Virus record (IMG/VR): IMGVR_UViG_3300049215_000844
Source: an uncultured virus (IMG/VR IMGVR_UViG_3300049215_000844)
Lineage: Duplodnaviria; Heunggongvirae; Uroviricota; Caudoviricetes
Strand: one strand, 5' to 3'
Length of the DNA stretch: 64,000 bases
Shown here: positions 28,409 through 37,918 of the stretch, one piece after another
Layout: every line of letters begins with the position of its first letter
Numbering within the stretch: the first letter of the stretch is position 1
The notes under the pieces: generated by a model
Told to the model about the DNA's origin: nothing
The model's input: only the letters and a program-made list of their open reading frames with translations
Databases searched by the model: none
Program-made: the position numbers and the translations under genes

Positions 28409-28618
28409 ATGACCGAGGAAGATCAAGTCGAGTACTGCGAGCGCACCGGCTGCGGCGGCACCTTGAAGGTCGTGTCGGCTGACCCGGGTTACGAACGCGG
28501 CCGTCGAGAGCCTACCTACACGAGATACGATGTCCGGTGCTCCAAATGCGGTCAACGGCCGTTCTTCGGGCAAGGCAGGAAGACGATCGACGCCTTCCTT
28601 GGTCGGGCTCGCGGCTAG
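28409..28618 (+). CDS. Small zinc-ribbon-like protein
   Basis: CERTGC..CSKC. Confidence 0.5.
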   Translation: MTEEDQVEYCERTGCGGTLKVVSADPGYERGRREPTYTRYDVRCSKCGQRPFFGQGRKTIDAFLGRARG

Positions 28619-29091
28619 TCGGGTTCGTGGATCTTGTCTTGGATCTTCTTTCTTGCCTTGTTGAACGCCTTGTCGGTGGTCGGTGGCGACTGGCGCACCA
28701 GGTCATTGTAGCGATCGTCGAGATTCTTTACGGCGATCGTGAAGGCTTCGTCGGGCATTCCAAGTGAGAAGGTGTCGCGCAAGGTTCTGGCCTCATGCTT
28801 TAGGATGGTGAACGCCTTGCCGGCTCGGAGGTGCGCGTTGGCCTCAGCCATCGGATCGAGCACATTTGTTAGACTCGAGAACACGGCGGAAAGGGCCGTC
28901 AGCCAGGCGCCGTATAGTGGCAAGCAGCCGATCGCCGTCAGAGCGCCCAGGATGGCGGCGATTGCCGGCGGCCCGATCTGCAGCCCCTTGCCGAGGCGCC
29001 GCTGGGTGGCACAGATCTGATGGTGGATCTCGGCGTTATAGGTCGAGTACTGCTCGACGTGCGAGCATTCGGCCAGCAGCTTCTCCCTCAT
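28615..29091 (-). CDS. SLATT-domain two-TM effector
   Basis: Two hydrophobic helices then LDP..A..HLRAG..F..L; ATGA-coupled to the nucleotidyltransferase. Confidence 0.75.
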   Translation of the reverse strand: MREKLLAECSHVEQYSTYNAEIHHQICATQRRLGKGLQIGPPAIAAILGALTAIGCLPLYGAWLTALSAVFSSLTNVLDPMAEANAHLRAGKAFTILKHEARTLRDTFSLGMPDEAFTIAVKNLDDRYNDLVRQSPPTTDKAFNKARKKIQDKIHEPD

Positions 29092-30014
29092 GATAGCGGC
29101 AGCTGATCGTTGAAGATTGTTTTCCAGATGAGGTGCTTGTCGGCGTCAGTCTTGGCCTCGATGGCCGCCTTCACCTGCTTCTCGATCCATGGCGCCTTGT
29201 TAAGGAATTCCTGTTTGGCGGTCGGATCTATCCGGAACGTTGGCGACAGGCTCCCAGGGATGCCCCAGGTCTTGTCGAGCTGCTCGCGAATGACATAGAG
29301 GACGTTGGCCACGAGCAGATGATAGGTCGTCGTCCAGCCTTTGGCATCGAATTGGCCCATGAGGTCCGGGATCAGCCGCGTCGCGATCACCTCGAGGTGA
29401 TAGGACTTCATGAGGGGGAAGTGCTCGCGCTTGGCCGCCTTCAACATCTTCACCGTCGGAATCAGCATGCCGCCGCAGTCAGCGTTCGTCCGGGTGATGA
29501 ACTCGGCTTCAAAGTCATAGTCGGCGAGTTGCCATCCTGTGCGTGACGGCACCCAGTAGGCGCGGCCTTTCGGCGTGTGCTCGGGGCCGCCATAGGGGCC
29601 CTTGCCGATGTTGTCGATCCACGCAGGCACCAGTTCGATCTTGACGCCGTTCTCGTATTCCACGGTTACGGTCGGACTATCGATGTCGGGGTTCTTCTTC
29701 GAGTAGCGATCTGCCATGGTGACCGCAGAGTGAAGATTATCGAGCGCTTTTTCCTTCGAGATGCCCTGGCCGTCCGGTACCCAGCGATCAAATTCGCCGA
29801 AGACGACAAGCATATCGATGTCGAACGTCGTGCCTGGTGGCGGCTGGATGCGGGTCTTCCGGCCAACCGAGCCAATCAGCTTGATGTTCTTCACGCCAGG
29901 GTGGTTGTTGTCGACGACGCTGCGCATGGCGTTTTGCATGCGCGCGATGGTCTTTTGGAACGTATCGGAGAGCTCGAGGTTGGACTTCAGCTTGAGAAAC
30001 GTGTCTTCGATCAT
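29088..30014 (-). CDS. SMODS / cGAS-DncV-like nucleotidyltransferase (CD-NTase)
   Basis: LIGSVGRKTRI..DIDMLVVF, IELVPA, TVKMLK, KSYHLEVI. Confidence 0.85.
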   Translation of the reverse strand: MIEDTFLKLKSNLELSDTFQKTIARMQNAMRSVVDNNHPGVKNIKLIGSVGRKTRIQPPPGTTFDIDMLVVFGEFDRWVPDGQGISKEKALDNLHSAVTMADRYSKKNPDIDSPTVTVEYENGVKIELVPAWIDNIGKGPYGGPEHTPKGRAYWVPSRTGWQLADYDFEAEFITRTNADCGGMLIPTVKMLKAAKREHFPLMKSYHLEVIATRLIPDLMGQFDAKGWTTTYHLLVANVLYVIREQLDKTWGIPGSLSPTFRIDPTAKQEFLNKAPWIEKQVKAAIEAKTDADKHLIWKTIFNDQLPLS

Positions 30015-30186
30015 CGCAGTGCCCTCTCGTTGCCGGCACTGCCTCCCCTCGCTGCCCAGCTGACGGCTGGCATATAGCGAAGGTCTGTCGCAGTTGACAA
30101 TGGGGAATTCTGCCTTTGTACGCTGTGGATCGTGTGGATAGCCGGCGAGTTTACGATTCAACCGTGACGTCGCCGGATAGCCCACG

Positions 30187-30375
30187 CTACAACCAGCTCA
30201 ATAGTGCCAGAATCACCAATATAACAATGGCGCCTACGCCGTGGCTGACCATCCGGCCGACCTTGCGCTCGCGGCCACTCCGGGTCAGTGGCATTCCGAT
30301 GCGACGCGAGATTCGTGCTTTGGCGGCCGAGATACCGACCGCCCGCTTCCAGGAGAAAGAGAGGCCGTAGGGCAT
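30187..30375 (-). CDS. Small basic membrane-anchored hypothetical protein
   Basis: FSWKRAVGISAAK..IGMPLTRSGRERKVGR plus C-terminal TM helix. Confidence 0.65.
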   Translation of the reverse strand: MPYGLSFSWKRAVGISAAKARISRRIGMPLTRSGRERKVGRMVSHGVGAIVILVILALLSWL

Positions 30376-30385
30376 AAGCTGTTCC

Positions 30386-30634
30386 TCAATTGGGCTCGCC
30401 GTCGACAGCGTAGGCGATTGGCAGGTCAGTCTGTCGCTTTTTCACACCGTCAATGACCGCCTGTAGATTGCGGATGGTCTCCCTGCTTTTGGCGATCTCG
30501 GCGTCGGTGACATCCTGCACGTTTGTACCGGAGGGACCGCTGAACAGTTTCATCGATCCATTTTCCATTGGCTCGATGTAGCGCCGCTCCTTCTCGATCT
30601 CCTGCTCGAGGGACCGGATAAATTGCTCCCACAT
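30386..30634 (-). CDS. Hypothetical coiled-coil protein
   Basis: GAAGGAG RBS, charged helical sequence. Confidence 0.55.
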   Translation of the reverse strand: MWEQFIRSLEQEIEKERRYIEPMENGSMKLFSGPSGTNVQDVTDAEIAKSRETIRNLQAVIDGVKKRQTDLPIAYAVDGEPN

Positions 30635-30667
30635 CAGGCGCTCTCCTTCTTCTTGCAGATCGATCAA

Positions 30668-31027
30668 CTAACGGCGCTTGGCATCGTACCGATCAAGCGT
30701 CACGCGCTCGAGGCAGATCTCGAACTGCGATCCTCGGGCATAGGCCGCGTCTTTGTCTCCCATGGTCAGACCCGAGATGATGCAGTCGGCTACCTTGCGG
30801 CAGAACTGCTCGTCGCTGCGGCGCCGGTCGAGGGCGAGGTCGATCGAGAAGAATTCGGTTTTTGCGCGCTCGGCAAAAGTCGCTTCCCGTTCGTCGAGCT
30901 CCCGGTAGGCCTCGCGGACGCAGGCGTGCGCCTCCGGGGGTGCCTTGTCGTTGATCGGATAAGGATATCGGGCGTCCGCCGGCGCCGCGGCCAGCAGGAC
31001 CAAGACCATGACCGCCGCGCGTCTCAC
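30668..31027 (-). CDS. Secreted hypothetical protein
   Basis: Signal peptide, four Cys. Confidence 0.55.
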   Translation of the reverse strand: MRRAAVMVLVLLAAAPADARYPYPINDKAPPEAHACVREAYRELDEREATFAERAKTEFFSIDLALDRRRSDEQFCRKVADCIISGLTMGDKDAAYARGSQFEICLERVTLDRYDAKRR

Positions 31028-32331
31028 GCGCTCTCCTTTTTCGCCGGCGCGCCGATCGGCAGCTGGTCGACCACGGCGCGCCGCACCTCCGGTACGTCAT
31101 GGGCGTAGGCCATGAAGCTCTCGACCTCGAGCCATCCGCCCTGGTCCATGCCGACCCGGAGTGGCGCGCCCATGGCCATCATGGTGGTGGCGAGCAGGTG
31201 GCGGAACCAATGCTGGGTGACCTGGCGCATCAGCTTGCGATCGGCCCAGGCCTGGCCGATTGCCGCGCGGGCCTCCTCGAGGCGGCCTTGGCGCCTGAGC
31301 TCGAGTGCCTGGGTCACCGCCTGGCGCCGGCGAACGGCGTTCGCCCGCCGCTTGGCCGCCCCGAACGCCGTTCGGTTGTGGCCGCTGAGCTCGTTCTCGG
31401 TCTTGTAGGGCTTGCCGCTTCGCGTCAGGAACAATGGCCCCTCGCGGTCCCACAGCCGGCCGCGCTTCTTCAGGTACTCGCGCAGCGCCTCGCCGGCGCG
31501 CGGGTGCAGGCTGGCCGTCACCGGCTCGCCGGTCTTGGTCTTGCCGAAGGTGATCTGCTCGCGGCCGGGCGCCAGCACGGCGTCGGCCAGACGCACCCTG
31601 AGAACCGCCGACACGCGCTGGCCAGTGCTCCATTGCGTCCACAGCTGCGGTCGCAGGTGCCAGCCGGCGTTCTCAATCAGCAGCAGGATGAGCTCGGGGC
31701 GCCAGTCGGCGACGTGGCGGCGCTGGCGGTGGCGCGGCTTGCGCGCCTGGGCGTTGCGCTCGAAATGCGGCAGCTTCTCGTTCTCGATCCACTGGCGCGG
31801 CTTCCTGGCACACCAGTTCAGGAACGAGAAGACGGTGTTGAGGTAGCGTTCGCGCGTCGCCGGCGAGCGGCCCTCACAGCGCGCCTCGACCAGGCTGGCC
31901 CATTCCTCGGCCGAGATCTCGTTGACCAGGCGCACCCTGAAACGGCGGACGATCTCCTGGGCGAAGGACACCTCGCGCCAGCTTGCCTTGCGGCCGGGCG
32001 CGCGCGGTCTCCTGAGCCACGCCTCTATCGCGAGGGAAAGGGCACGACTGGGCCGGATGCCGTGGATGACCTGGTTGCGGATCTCGAGCGCCCAGGTGTC
32101 GCGCAGCGTCTCGGCGGCGGTGAGCGTGTCGGGGCCGGCCGGAAGGCCAGTACCCTTTCGCACGCGGACGCTGCGTCGGCCGCCGTCGAGCCCGCGAAGG
32201 GCAACGGTGCCGTGGACGTGCCAGAATCCGTCGCGTTCGACGACCTTGAGGCCTGCCGCCGACCTCTTGCCTGCTCCGCGTCCTGGGCGGCGATCGCCGC
32301 GGCCAGCGCCCGGTATTCCTCTTCGCTCCAT
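31024..32331 (-). CDS. int: Tyrosine recombinase / integrase (start uncertain)
   Basis: TGQR, KTK, HWFRH, GGW, YAH catalytic set; SPATRERY. Confidence 0.92.
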   Translation of the reverse strand: MERRGIPGAGRGDRRPGRGAGKRSAAGLKVVERDGFWHVHGTVALRGLDGGRRSVRVRKGTGLPAGPDTLTAAETLRDTWALEIRNQVIHGIRPSRALSLAIEAWLRRPRAPGRKASWREVSFAQEIVRRFRVRLVNEISAEEWASLVEARCEGRSPATRERYLNTVFSFLNWCARKPRQWIENEKLPHFERNAQARKPRHRQRRHVADWRPELILLLIENAGWHLRPQLWTQWSTGQRVSAVLRVRLADAVLAPGREQITFGKTKTGEPVTASLHPRAGEALREYLKKRGRLWDREGPLFLTRSGKPYKTENELSGHNRTAFGAAKRRANAVRRRQAVTQALELRRQGRLEEARAAIGQAWADRKLMRQVTQHWFRHLLATTMMAMGAPLRVGMDQGGWLEVESFMAYAHDVPEVRRAVVDQLPIGAPAKKESA

Positions 32332-32486
32332 CGCTTCGACCTGCCGATATAGTGATGATGCTGCAGTCGCTGCCTGTCGGCCGGCCGCCGGTCATCCTCG
32401 GTGAGGCGAGATTGCAGCCAGCGCACCGACTTGCCAAGCCGGCTGGCGATTTCGGTCAGGGTCTGGTGATCGCCGCCGGCGGTCAT
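32025..32486 (-). CDS. Excisionase-like HTH protein overlapping int
   Basis: TLTEIASRLGKSVRWL HTH, IGRSKRW wing. Confidence 0.65.
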   Translation of the reverse strand: MTAGGDHQTLTEIASRLGKSVRWLQSRLTEDDRRPADRQRLQHHHYIGRSKRWSEEEYRALAAAIAAQDAEQARGRRQASRSSNATDSGTSTAPLPFAGSTAADAASACERVLAFRPAPTRSPPPRRCATPGRSRSATRSSTASGPVVPFPSR

Positions 32487-32550
32487 CCCGGCTCCCGAAC
32501 GGCGTTCAGCACGGGGAGCGGGTGAGGGCAATTCAGGTTCTTGGGCTGTC

Positions 32551-32766
32551 TCACAGCAGCCCCGCCTTCTTCGCCAGCCACTCCGGCACGGTGAGCTCCC
32601 AGCCGCGACCCTTCACCTCGAGCTCGCCCTGGGACTTCGGGATCCAGACCTCGCGCGTGCCGTCGAACACCAGCCAGGCGCCGGTCGTCTCGCGCCGCAG
32701 CTCGACCGCAACCTTCGTCTTGCCGGCGCGCTCCTCGTCCTCGTCGAAGACTTCGATGCGGCGCAT
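32551..32766 (-). CDS. Small phage hypothetical protein
   Basis: ET..AWLV.DG...VWIPKSQ..VPEWLA...GL. Confidence 0.65.
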   Translation of the reverse strand: MRRIEVFDEDEERAGKTKVAVELRRETTGAWLVFDGTREVWIPKSQGELEVKGRGWELTVPEWLAKKAGLL

Positions 32767-32767
32767 G

Positions 32768-33031
32768 TCATCTCTGCTTTTTGCGGAGAGGCTCGAGCTC
32801 CATCGCGACACCGGCAGGGATGATGACGTCTTCGATGAAGTGTTGTCCCTCGACGATGATCTCGGCGACCAGCGGGTCTAGCTCGTCCTGCTTGTTGCCG
32901 ATCAGAAAGGCAGTTGCGAGCATGCCGCCATAAAACGCCCAGCGTAGCGCCTCGCGCTCCTCGGCCGTCGCCTGCGGCCGCACGACCTTAGCGGCGAACT
33001 CCCTCCACTCTTGGGCGATACGATCGAGCAT
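32768..33031 (-). CDS. Phage hypothetical protein
   Basis: AFYGG motif; coupled in the leftward operon. Confidence 0.6.
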   Translation of the reverse strand: MLDRIAQEWREFAAKVVRPQATAEEREALRWAFYGGMLATAFLIGNKQDELDPLVAEIIVEGQHFIEDVIIPAGVAMELEPLRKKQR

Positions 33032-33300
33032 CAGTGCGCCTCCTTCTTCGCTTGCGGCGTGGGATCGAACATCCCGTCGTCGATTGCCATGAGGATCTGA
33101 TCGCCAAGCCGGTGCATGGCCGCCGCGAATTCCGGCGTGCAGGCCGCCGAATCCACGCCGATCCTGTCGGCGTAGAAGGAGATCAGGACGGCACCGGTCA
33201 GACCATGGCGCACGCGCAGGTCCCTTAAAGCCAGCGTGAGCGGATGATCGCGGTCTTCCTTGTAGGAGGGCCGGTGGGTCAGCGGTTTGATACCCATCAC
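33031..33300 (-). CDS. Phage hypothetical protein
   Basis: Coupled ORF in the leftward operon. Confidence 0.5.
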   Translation of the reverse strand: MMGIKPLTHRPSYKEDRDHPLTLALRDLRVRHGLTGAVLISFYADRIGVDSAACTPEFAAAMHRLGDQILMAIDDGMFDPTPQAKKEAH

Positions 33301-34424
33301 ACCCTCATCGCCATGACGATCTGCAGCCGGTCCTTGTTGGCGGGATCGGTGAAGGCGATCGGCGCACCGGCATCAGCGTAGCGCACCCGCACCGTATTTC
33401 CGCCGAGGGCGCCAAGCGCGTTCGCCAGGTATTTGGCGTTGATGCCGATCGGCACCTTGGTCGTGGTCGAGGCCTCGACCTCGTCGGTGATCTCGCCGGC
33501 GTCCGGGTTGCGGCCGAGGATCTGCACCAGGCCCTTGTCGGGGCTGAGCTTGATGGCGTGCGTCTTGTCGCTGGTGATCGCCTCGCAGCGCTTGGCCGCG
33601 AGCGTGAGCTCGGCGCGGCCGACGTCGAAGCCTTCGGCAACGTCGGGCGGCGGGATGACGCGCTCGTAGTCGGGGAACGTGCCGTCGACCAGCTTCGTCG
33701 AGAACGCCACGCCGTCGATCTCGGCGCGGACCAGGATCGGGCTGACCTGGAGGACGAGTTCGCCGTCCTCGATCGCGGTGGCGAGCGCCACCAGCTCAGG
33801 GATGGATCGGCTCGGCAGGATCACGCCCGGCAGATTGTCCGGCACCTTCTTCACCGCCAGGACGTCGCGCGCCAGGCAATGGCCGTTGGTGGCGACCAGG
33901 ACGATCTCGCCACCCTCACCGGAACTGGCACCGCGGCCGTGCAGGTAGATGCCGTTCAGGTAGTAGCGCGTCGACTCGTTCGATTGCGCGTGGGCAACCG
34001 AGTCGACCGCAGCGGCGAATGCCTTGCCGTCGACCACCAGCTCGACGCCCTCGGCCTCCTTGGCCGGCGGGAAGTCGGCGGCGGGCAAGGTGGCGAACGA
34101 GGCGCGGGCCCGCCCGGCACGCAGCACGATCGGGCCGCCCTCCTTGGCGTGCTCGACCTCGACCTGGCTGCCGTCGGCGGCGCCGGCCACGAAGTCGGCC
34201 ATGGCGCGGGCATTGGCCGTGACCGTGCCGGCGGCGGCCACCTGGGCTTCGACCTCGACCTGCACCCAGCGGTCCAGGTCGGTGGCCGCGAGCGACAGCT
34301 TGCCGTTCTTGCGCGCCGTGATCAGCACGTTGGTCAGGATCGGGATGGTGGCCTTGCGGTCGGCGATGCGCTGGGCGCGCTGCAGGGCCTTGAGGAGCTG
34401 ATCGCGCTCGGCGACGAACTTCAT
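33297..34424 (-). CDS. dnaN: Phage-encoded DNA polymerase III beta sliding clamp
   Basis: TIPILTNV, ATDLD, TRYYLNGIYL, VATNGH, KLVDGTFPDYERVIP, NAKYL, VMAMRV. Confidence 0.93.
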   Translation of the reverse strand: MKFVAERDQLLKALQRAQRIADRKATIPILTNVLITARKNGKLSLAATDLDRWVQVEVEAQVAAAGTVTANARAMADFVAGAADGSQVEVEHAKEGGPIVLRAGRARASFATLPAADFPPAKEAEGVELVVDGKAFAAAVDSVAHAQSNESTRYYLNGIYLHGRGASSGEGGEIVLVATNGHCLARDVLAVKKVPDNLPGVILPSRSIPELVALATAIEDGELVLQVSPILVRAEIDGVAFSTKLVDGTFPDYERVIPPPDVAEGFDVGRAELTLAAKRCEAITSDKTHAIKLSPDKGLVQILGRNPDAGEITDEVEASTTTKVPIGINAKYLANALGALGGNTVRVRYADAGAPIAFTDPANKDRLQIVMAMRV

Positions 34425-34711
34425 TGCTTGAACTCCGAATATTGTTGGCGGCGGTAGCGCTCGATGAGCGCGATGGCATGCTCGAAACGGCCGTCCTGTA
34501 CGTGCAGGCGGCATTCGTCGCGCACCCAAAGAGTAAGGTCGCGCTCGTCGAACGGGCCGCCGCACCAGTCGGGGCGCCAGCGCTCGAGTTCTTCGATCGC
34601 GTCGGCGGCATGACGTCGCCGCAGCGCCGATAAGGTTCCGTCGAGGCGTTCGCCCTCGTCGACCAGGCTGAGGTCTATGCCTCTCAGCCGTGCTTCGGTG
34701 GGGGGGCTCAT
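34421..34711 (-). CDS. Phage hypothetical protein
   Basis: ATGA-coupled to the clamp gene. Confidence 0.5.
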   Translation of the reverse strand: MSPPTEARLRGIDLSLVDEGERLDGTLSALRRRHAADAIEELERWRPDWCGGPFDERDLTLWVRDECRLHVQDGRFEHAIALIERYRRQQYSEFKQ

Positions 34712-34935
34712 TCGCTGATCGCCTCCAGGCGCTGACCGGCATCGACAATCCGGGCGATGTCGCCGCTCTCGGCAGCCCGCTCGGCGCCGTCGAGCGCCGT
34801 GTCCATCGCCAGGAGCACCGGGCCGATATTGAGACCGCGCCGGCCGTGCTGGCCGGCATGGCGTTCGCGCAGCATGGCGACGCGCCGGACCTGGCGTACC
34901 AGGCCGCCCATGAGTTCAGCCGCCTTGACGGCCAT
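34708..34935 (-). CDS. Phage hypothetical protein
   Basis: AGGAGGAG RBS; coupled. Confidence 0.55.
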   Translation of the reverse strand: MAVKAAELMGGLVRQVRRVAMLRERHAGQHGRRGLNIGPVLLAMDTALDGAERAAESGDIARIVDAGQRLEAISE

Positions 34936-35206
34936 GTTCGTTCTCCTCCTTGCGGATGACATGGGCGAGCAACCCGCGCTGCAGCACCGCCGATTCGTCC
35001 AGCAGCTCGACGACGGCGCGCAGGGCGTGACGTTCGACGATGAGGCGGCGGATCGTGTCGACCGGCGTATCGGGCATGGCGGGATCGAATCGCCGCCATG
35101 CCGGCAGCGCGGTGTGCGCGATCCAGGCCGACAGGCGCGAAATCTCAGCGTCGGTCAGCGGCTCGATCGGCGCCGCGGCGAGCGTCGGCAGGGTCGAGCC
35201 GGGCAT
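34916..35206 (-). CDS. Phage hypothetical protein
   Basis: TGATG-coupled ORF MPGSTL.. Confidence 0.45.
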   Translation of the reverse strand: MPGSTLPTLAAAPIEPLTDAEISRLSAWIAHTALPAWRRFDPAMPDTPVDTIRRLIVERHALRAVVELLDESAVLQRGLLAHVIRKEENEHGRQGG

Positions 35207-35703
35207 CAGCGCGCCAGTTCTGCCGGGGACGCCGGCGCCGGCAGGTCGGCTGCCGCCTGGTCGAGCGGCACGCCGAGCAGGAGCTCGCGCAGCTGGCGCA
35301 GGCGCTCGTCGACGCCGGCCGCGCGGCCGACGCCTTCCAGTGGCGCGTGACCGGTGAGGGCGAGCACCAGGGCGTGGAATTCGGCGTGGAGATCGCCGCG
35401 GCAGGCATCGCCGCGGAAGATCTCGCGCAGGGCATGGACGGTGCGCTCCTGGTGATTCTTGGCGGCGACGGCCAGGCTGTAGGTGTTGGCACTCACCATC
35501 TCGCGACTTTGGGCGAAGCCTCTGGCGACCAGGATGAGCCCCTTGTCGTGAAAGGCCTCGACCACGGCGCTGGCGAACGCCGTTCGCCATTCGGCATAGG
35601 TCGTGGTCCTGTCCCGGCTGGCGCGGATGGCGGCGTCGACGACCGCCTCGAGCGCCTCGGGCACCGGCAGCATCTCGCCGGCGGCGGTGGTCACGTGGTT
35701 CAT
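35206..35703 (-). CDS. Phage hypothetical protein
   Basis: Coupled ORF in the leftward operon. Confidence 0.5.
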   Translation of the reverse strand: MNHVTTAAGEMLPVPEALEAVVDAAIRASRDRTTTYAEWRTAFASAVVEAFHDKGLILVARGFAQSREMVSANTYSLAVAAKNHQERTVHALREIFRGDACRGDLHAEFHALVLALTGHAPLEGVGRAAGVDERLRQLRELLLGVPLDQAAADLPAPASPAELAR

Positions 35704-36020
35704 GGCAGGTCCGCTCCCATGCGATGCAGGCCGGCGATCGCCAACGCCTTGCGCCAGTGCGTGGCGATCTCTGCCTCGTCAAAGCCGCCCGCGACGAGGT
35801 CCTCGTGCGTGAAGTTGCCCACGGCGCTGACACGGCGGATCATCACGTCGGCCATGCGCAGCCGCTTCGAGCGGGCGCCCTCGGGGGCCGGCCTGAGCAA
35901 GGAAGCCAGCGTCTGCACGCGGCCCGTGGCACGATCGACGACCGGCGTCGGCACCAGGCCGTCGCCGCCCGGCGCATAAGCCGACAGATAGTCGGCGGCG
36001 GTGGGGAAGGAGTTAGCCAT
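35700..36020 (-). CDS. Phage hypothetical protein
   Basis: Coupled ORF downstream of parB. Confidence 0.5.
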   Translation of the reverse strand: MANSFPTAADYLSAYAPGGDGLVPTPVVDRATGRVQTLASLLRPAPEGARSKRLRMADVMIRRVSAVGNFTHEDLVAGGFDEAEIATHWRKALAIAGLHRMGADLP

Positions 36021-37611
36021 GCTTCCTGGTCTTCGCCTTCGCCTTGACCTTGGCGACGGCCTTCGCCGTTTTTGCCGGCGCCTTCACCGTCCCCGGGACA
36101 TCCGGGACCTTGACGCCGAGCGTCGCCGCGATCGCGCGCACGACCGGCGGGCATTCCTCCCATCTCTCGAGCTCCTCCCAGGTCGGCAGATCGGATGTCC
36201 ACAGCGCCGCCAGCGTCTGTTCGACCTGGGCGATCGGCTGCCTGGCGATCGCTTCCCAGAGTTTGGCTTCCTTGGCCTCGTTCCCGCCGACATTCACGAA
36301 GGGGCGCAGCGCCGGCGGCGCGGCGGCCTTCATTTCCGTGGGTGAGGGAGTATCGATCGCGTAGACGTCGGCGAAGGCCATGAAGAGAGCCAGACGGCAG
36401 TCAAAGCCCTTCGCCCTGGCGGCTGCTTTCCGGAGTTCTGCATTGAAGGCTTCTCGCGCCTTCTTGTGCTCCCTGGGCTCGTCGCTGCGCGATGCGCGTG
36501 GCGACGACCGGGAAGAAGAGCTTTCCCGCCTCTGCGAGCGGCTGCGCTCCGCCGCCTGCAGGGCCTGGATCGAGCAGACACCCAGTGCCTTGCGAATCTC
36601 GCCGTTGGCGGCGATCCAGACGATGGCGCTGCATTTGTCCTTCGGCACCAGATACTTCGCTGGCACGTCGCCGGCGCGCTGGCTGCGGGTGACGCGGGTG
36701 TAGTCGCCGGGATACTGCGTGTCGGCCCAATGCCACTTCTCGGCGTCCGCAGGCTCGACCAGCTCGGCCTTCGGCCAGTCCTTGCGGACCTCTTTGAGCT
36801 TCTTCTCGGCGGCGGCCCGCTGCAGCTTGCGGAACTGCTCGATGTCGGCAAAGAAGCGCTTCTTCTTGCCATCCTCGATGAAGTCGCCCTGATAGAGCGA
36901 CAGATCGAACTTGGCGGCGGTGACCGGAATGCAGCGCTCGAAGCCGACACGCCGGATCTCGTCGGCGCCGCGGCGGATGGCCCAGTCGTCTACCTCCGTC
37001 TGAACGCCAGGCGGGAAAACGGCGAGCGTGCGCGCCTGCTCGAAAGACAGCGCGCCATCGGACATTGCCTTCCTGAACGGGGCGGCGAGATTGGTGGCGA
37101 TCGAAATGCGCTGGGCGACGTAGCGGTCACTCTTGCCAATCAGCCGGCCGATCGCGGCGGCGGTCCATTTCTTCGGCTCGGCCTTCTGAAGGGCGGCATA
37201 GTAGTTGGCCTCCTCCATCGGCGTCAGGTCCTTGCGCTGGCCGTTCTCGACGAGCTGCGCGACGCGCGCCTCGTCGTCCGAGACGCCCTTGCGAACGATG
37301 ACCGGCACCTCGCCCAGCTTGGCGATCTTCGCCGCGCGCCAGCGGCGTTCGCCACCCATGATCTCGAGATGGCTGCCGACCTGCCGGACCAGGATGGGCT
37401 GCAGCAGACCGACCTGCTTGTAGGTGTCGGCCAGCTCCTCGAGTTCGGCCTTGACGAAGGAATCCTCGCCGCGCGGGTTGAACGGCGAGGGCCTGAGCTT
37501 GTCGATCGGCGCCACCTCGAATGCCGCTTCCTTAGTGGCGATCGGCAGTGGCCCGAGCGGCAGCCCGGGCGCCGCGACCTGTTCGCTGGCTGGATGCGTG
37601 ACTGAAGGCAT
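36013..37611 (-). CDS. ParB/RepB/Spo0J family protein with long C-terminal extension
   Basis: SPFNPR, GLLQPILVR, GGERRWRAA, VENGQRKDLTPMEEA, HTH (AAAIGRLIGKSDRYVAQR). Confidence 0.9.
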   Translation of the reverse strand: MPSVTHPASEQVAAPGLPLGPLPIATKEAAFEVAPIDKLRPSPFNPRGEDSFVKAELEELADTYKQVGLLQPILVRQVGSHLEIMGGERRWRAAKIAKLGEVPVIVRKGVSDDEARVAQLVENGQRKDLTPMEEANYYAALQKAEPKKWTAAAIGRLIGKSDRYVAQRISIATNLAAPFRKAMSDGALSFEQARTLAVFPPGVQTEVDDWAIRRGADEIRRVGFERCIPVTAAKFDLSLYQGDFIEDGKKKRFFADIEQFRKLQRAAAEKKLKEVRKDWPKAELVEPADAEKWHWADTQYPGDYTRVTRSQRAGDVPAKYLVPKDKCSAIVWIAANGEIRKALGVCSIQALQAAERSRSQRRESSSSRSSPRASRSDEPREHKKAREAFNAELRKAAARAKGFDCRLALFMAFADVYAIDTPSPTEMKAAAPPALRPFVNVGGNEAKEAKLWEAIARQPIAQVEQTLAALWTSDLPTWEELERWEECPPVVRAIAATLGVKVPDVPGTVKAPAKTAKAVAKVKAKAKTRKHG

Positions 37612-37645
37612 GTGTTTTCCCCTAGCTAGGTCCTGTCGTTGAAAG

Positions 37646-37918
37646 TCAGTCCGCCGGCGCGGTGTGCTGGGCGTGAAGGAAGGCCGGATAGGGTCCGGCG
37701 GGCGTCGCCGGCGCGGCGATCAGCGGCAGCGCGCTCACCGCCTTCTTGATCTCGGCGAGGTGCCAGCCGACGCCGCGCAGCTCGTGCGGCCAGCACCAGG
37801 CGGTGGCTTTGGTCGGCGCCCCCGTGCGGTCGAGATGGATGATCCGCACGCGGCCGTCGGCGCTGCGCGCGTTGAGGCCGACGTCATTGCCGGCGAGGGT
37901 GAGGGGCCGGGCGCTCAT
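37646..37918 (-). CDS. Phage hypothetical protein
   Basis: ORF in the leftward early operon. Confidence 0.45.
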   Translation of the reverse strand: MSARPLTLAGNDVGLNARSADGRVRIIHLDRTGAPTKATAWCWPHELRGVGWHLAEIKKAVSALPLIAAPATPAGPYPAFLHAQHTAPAD

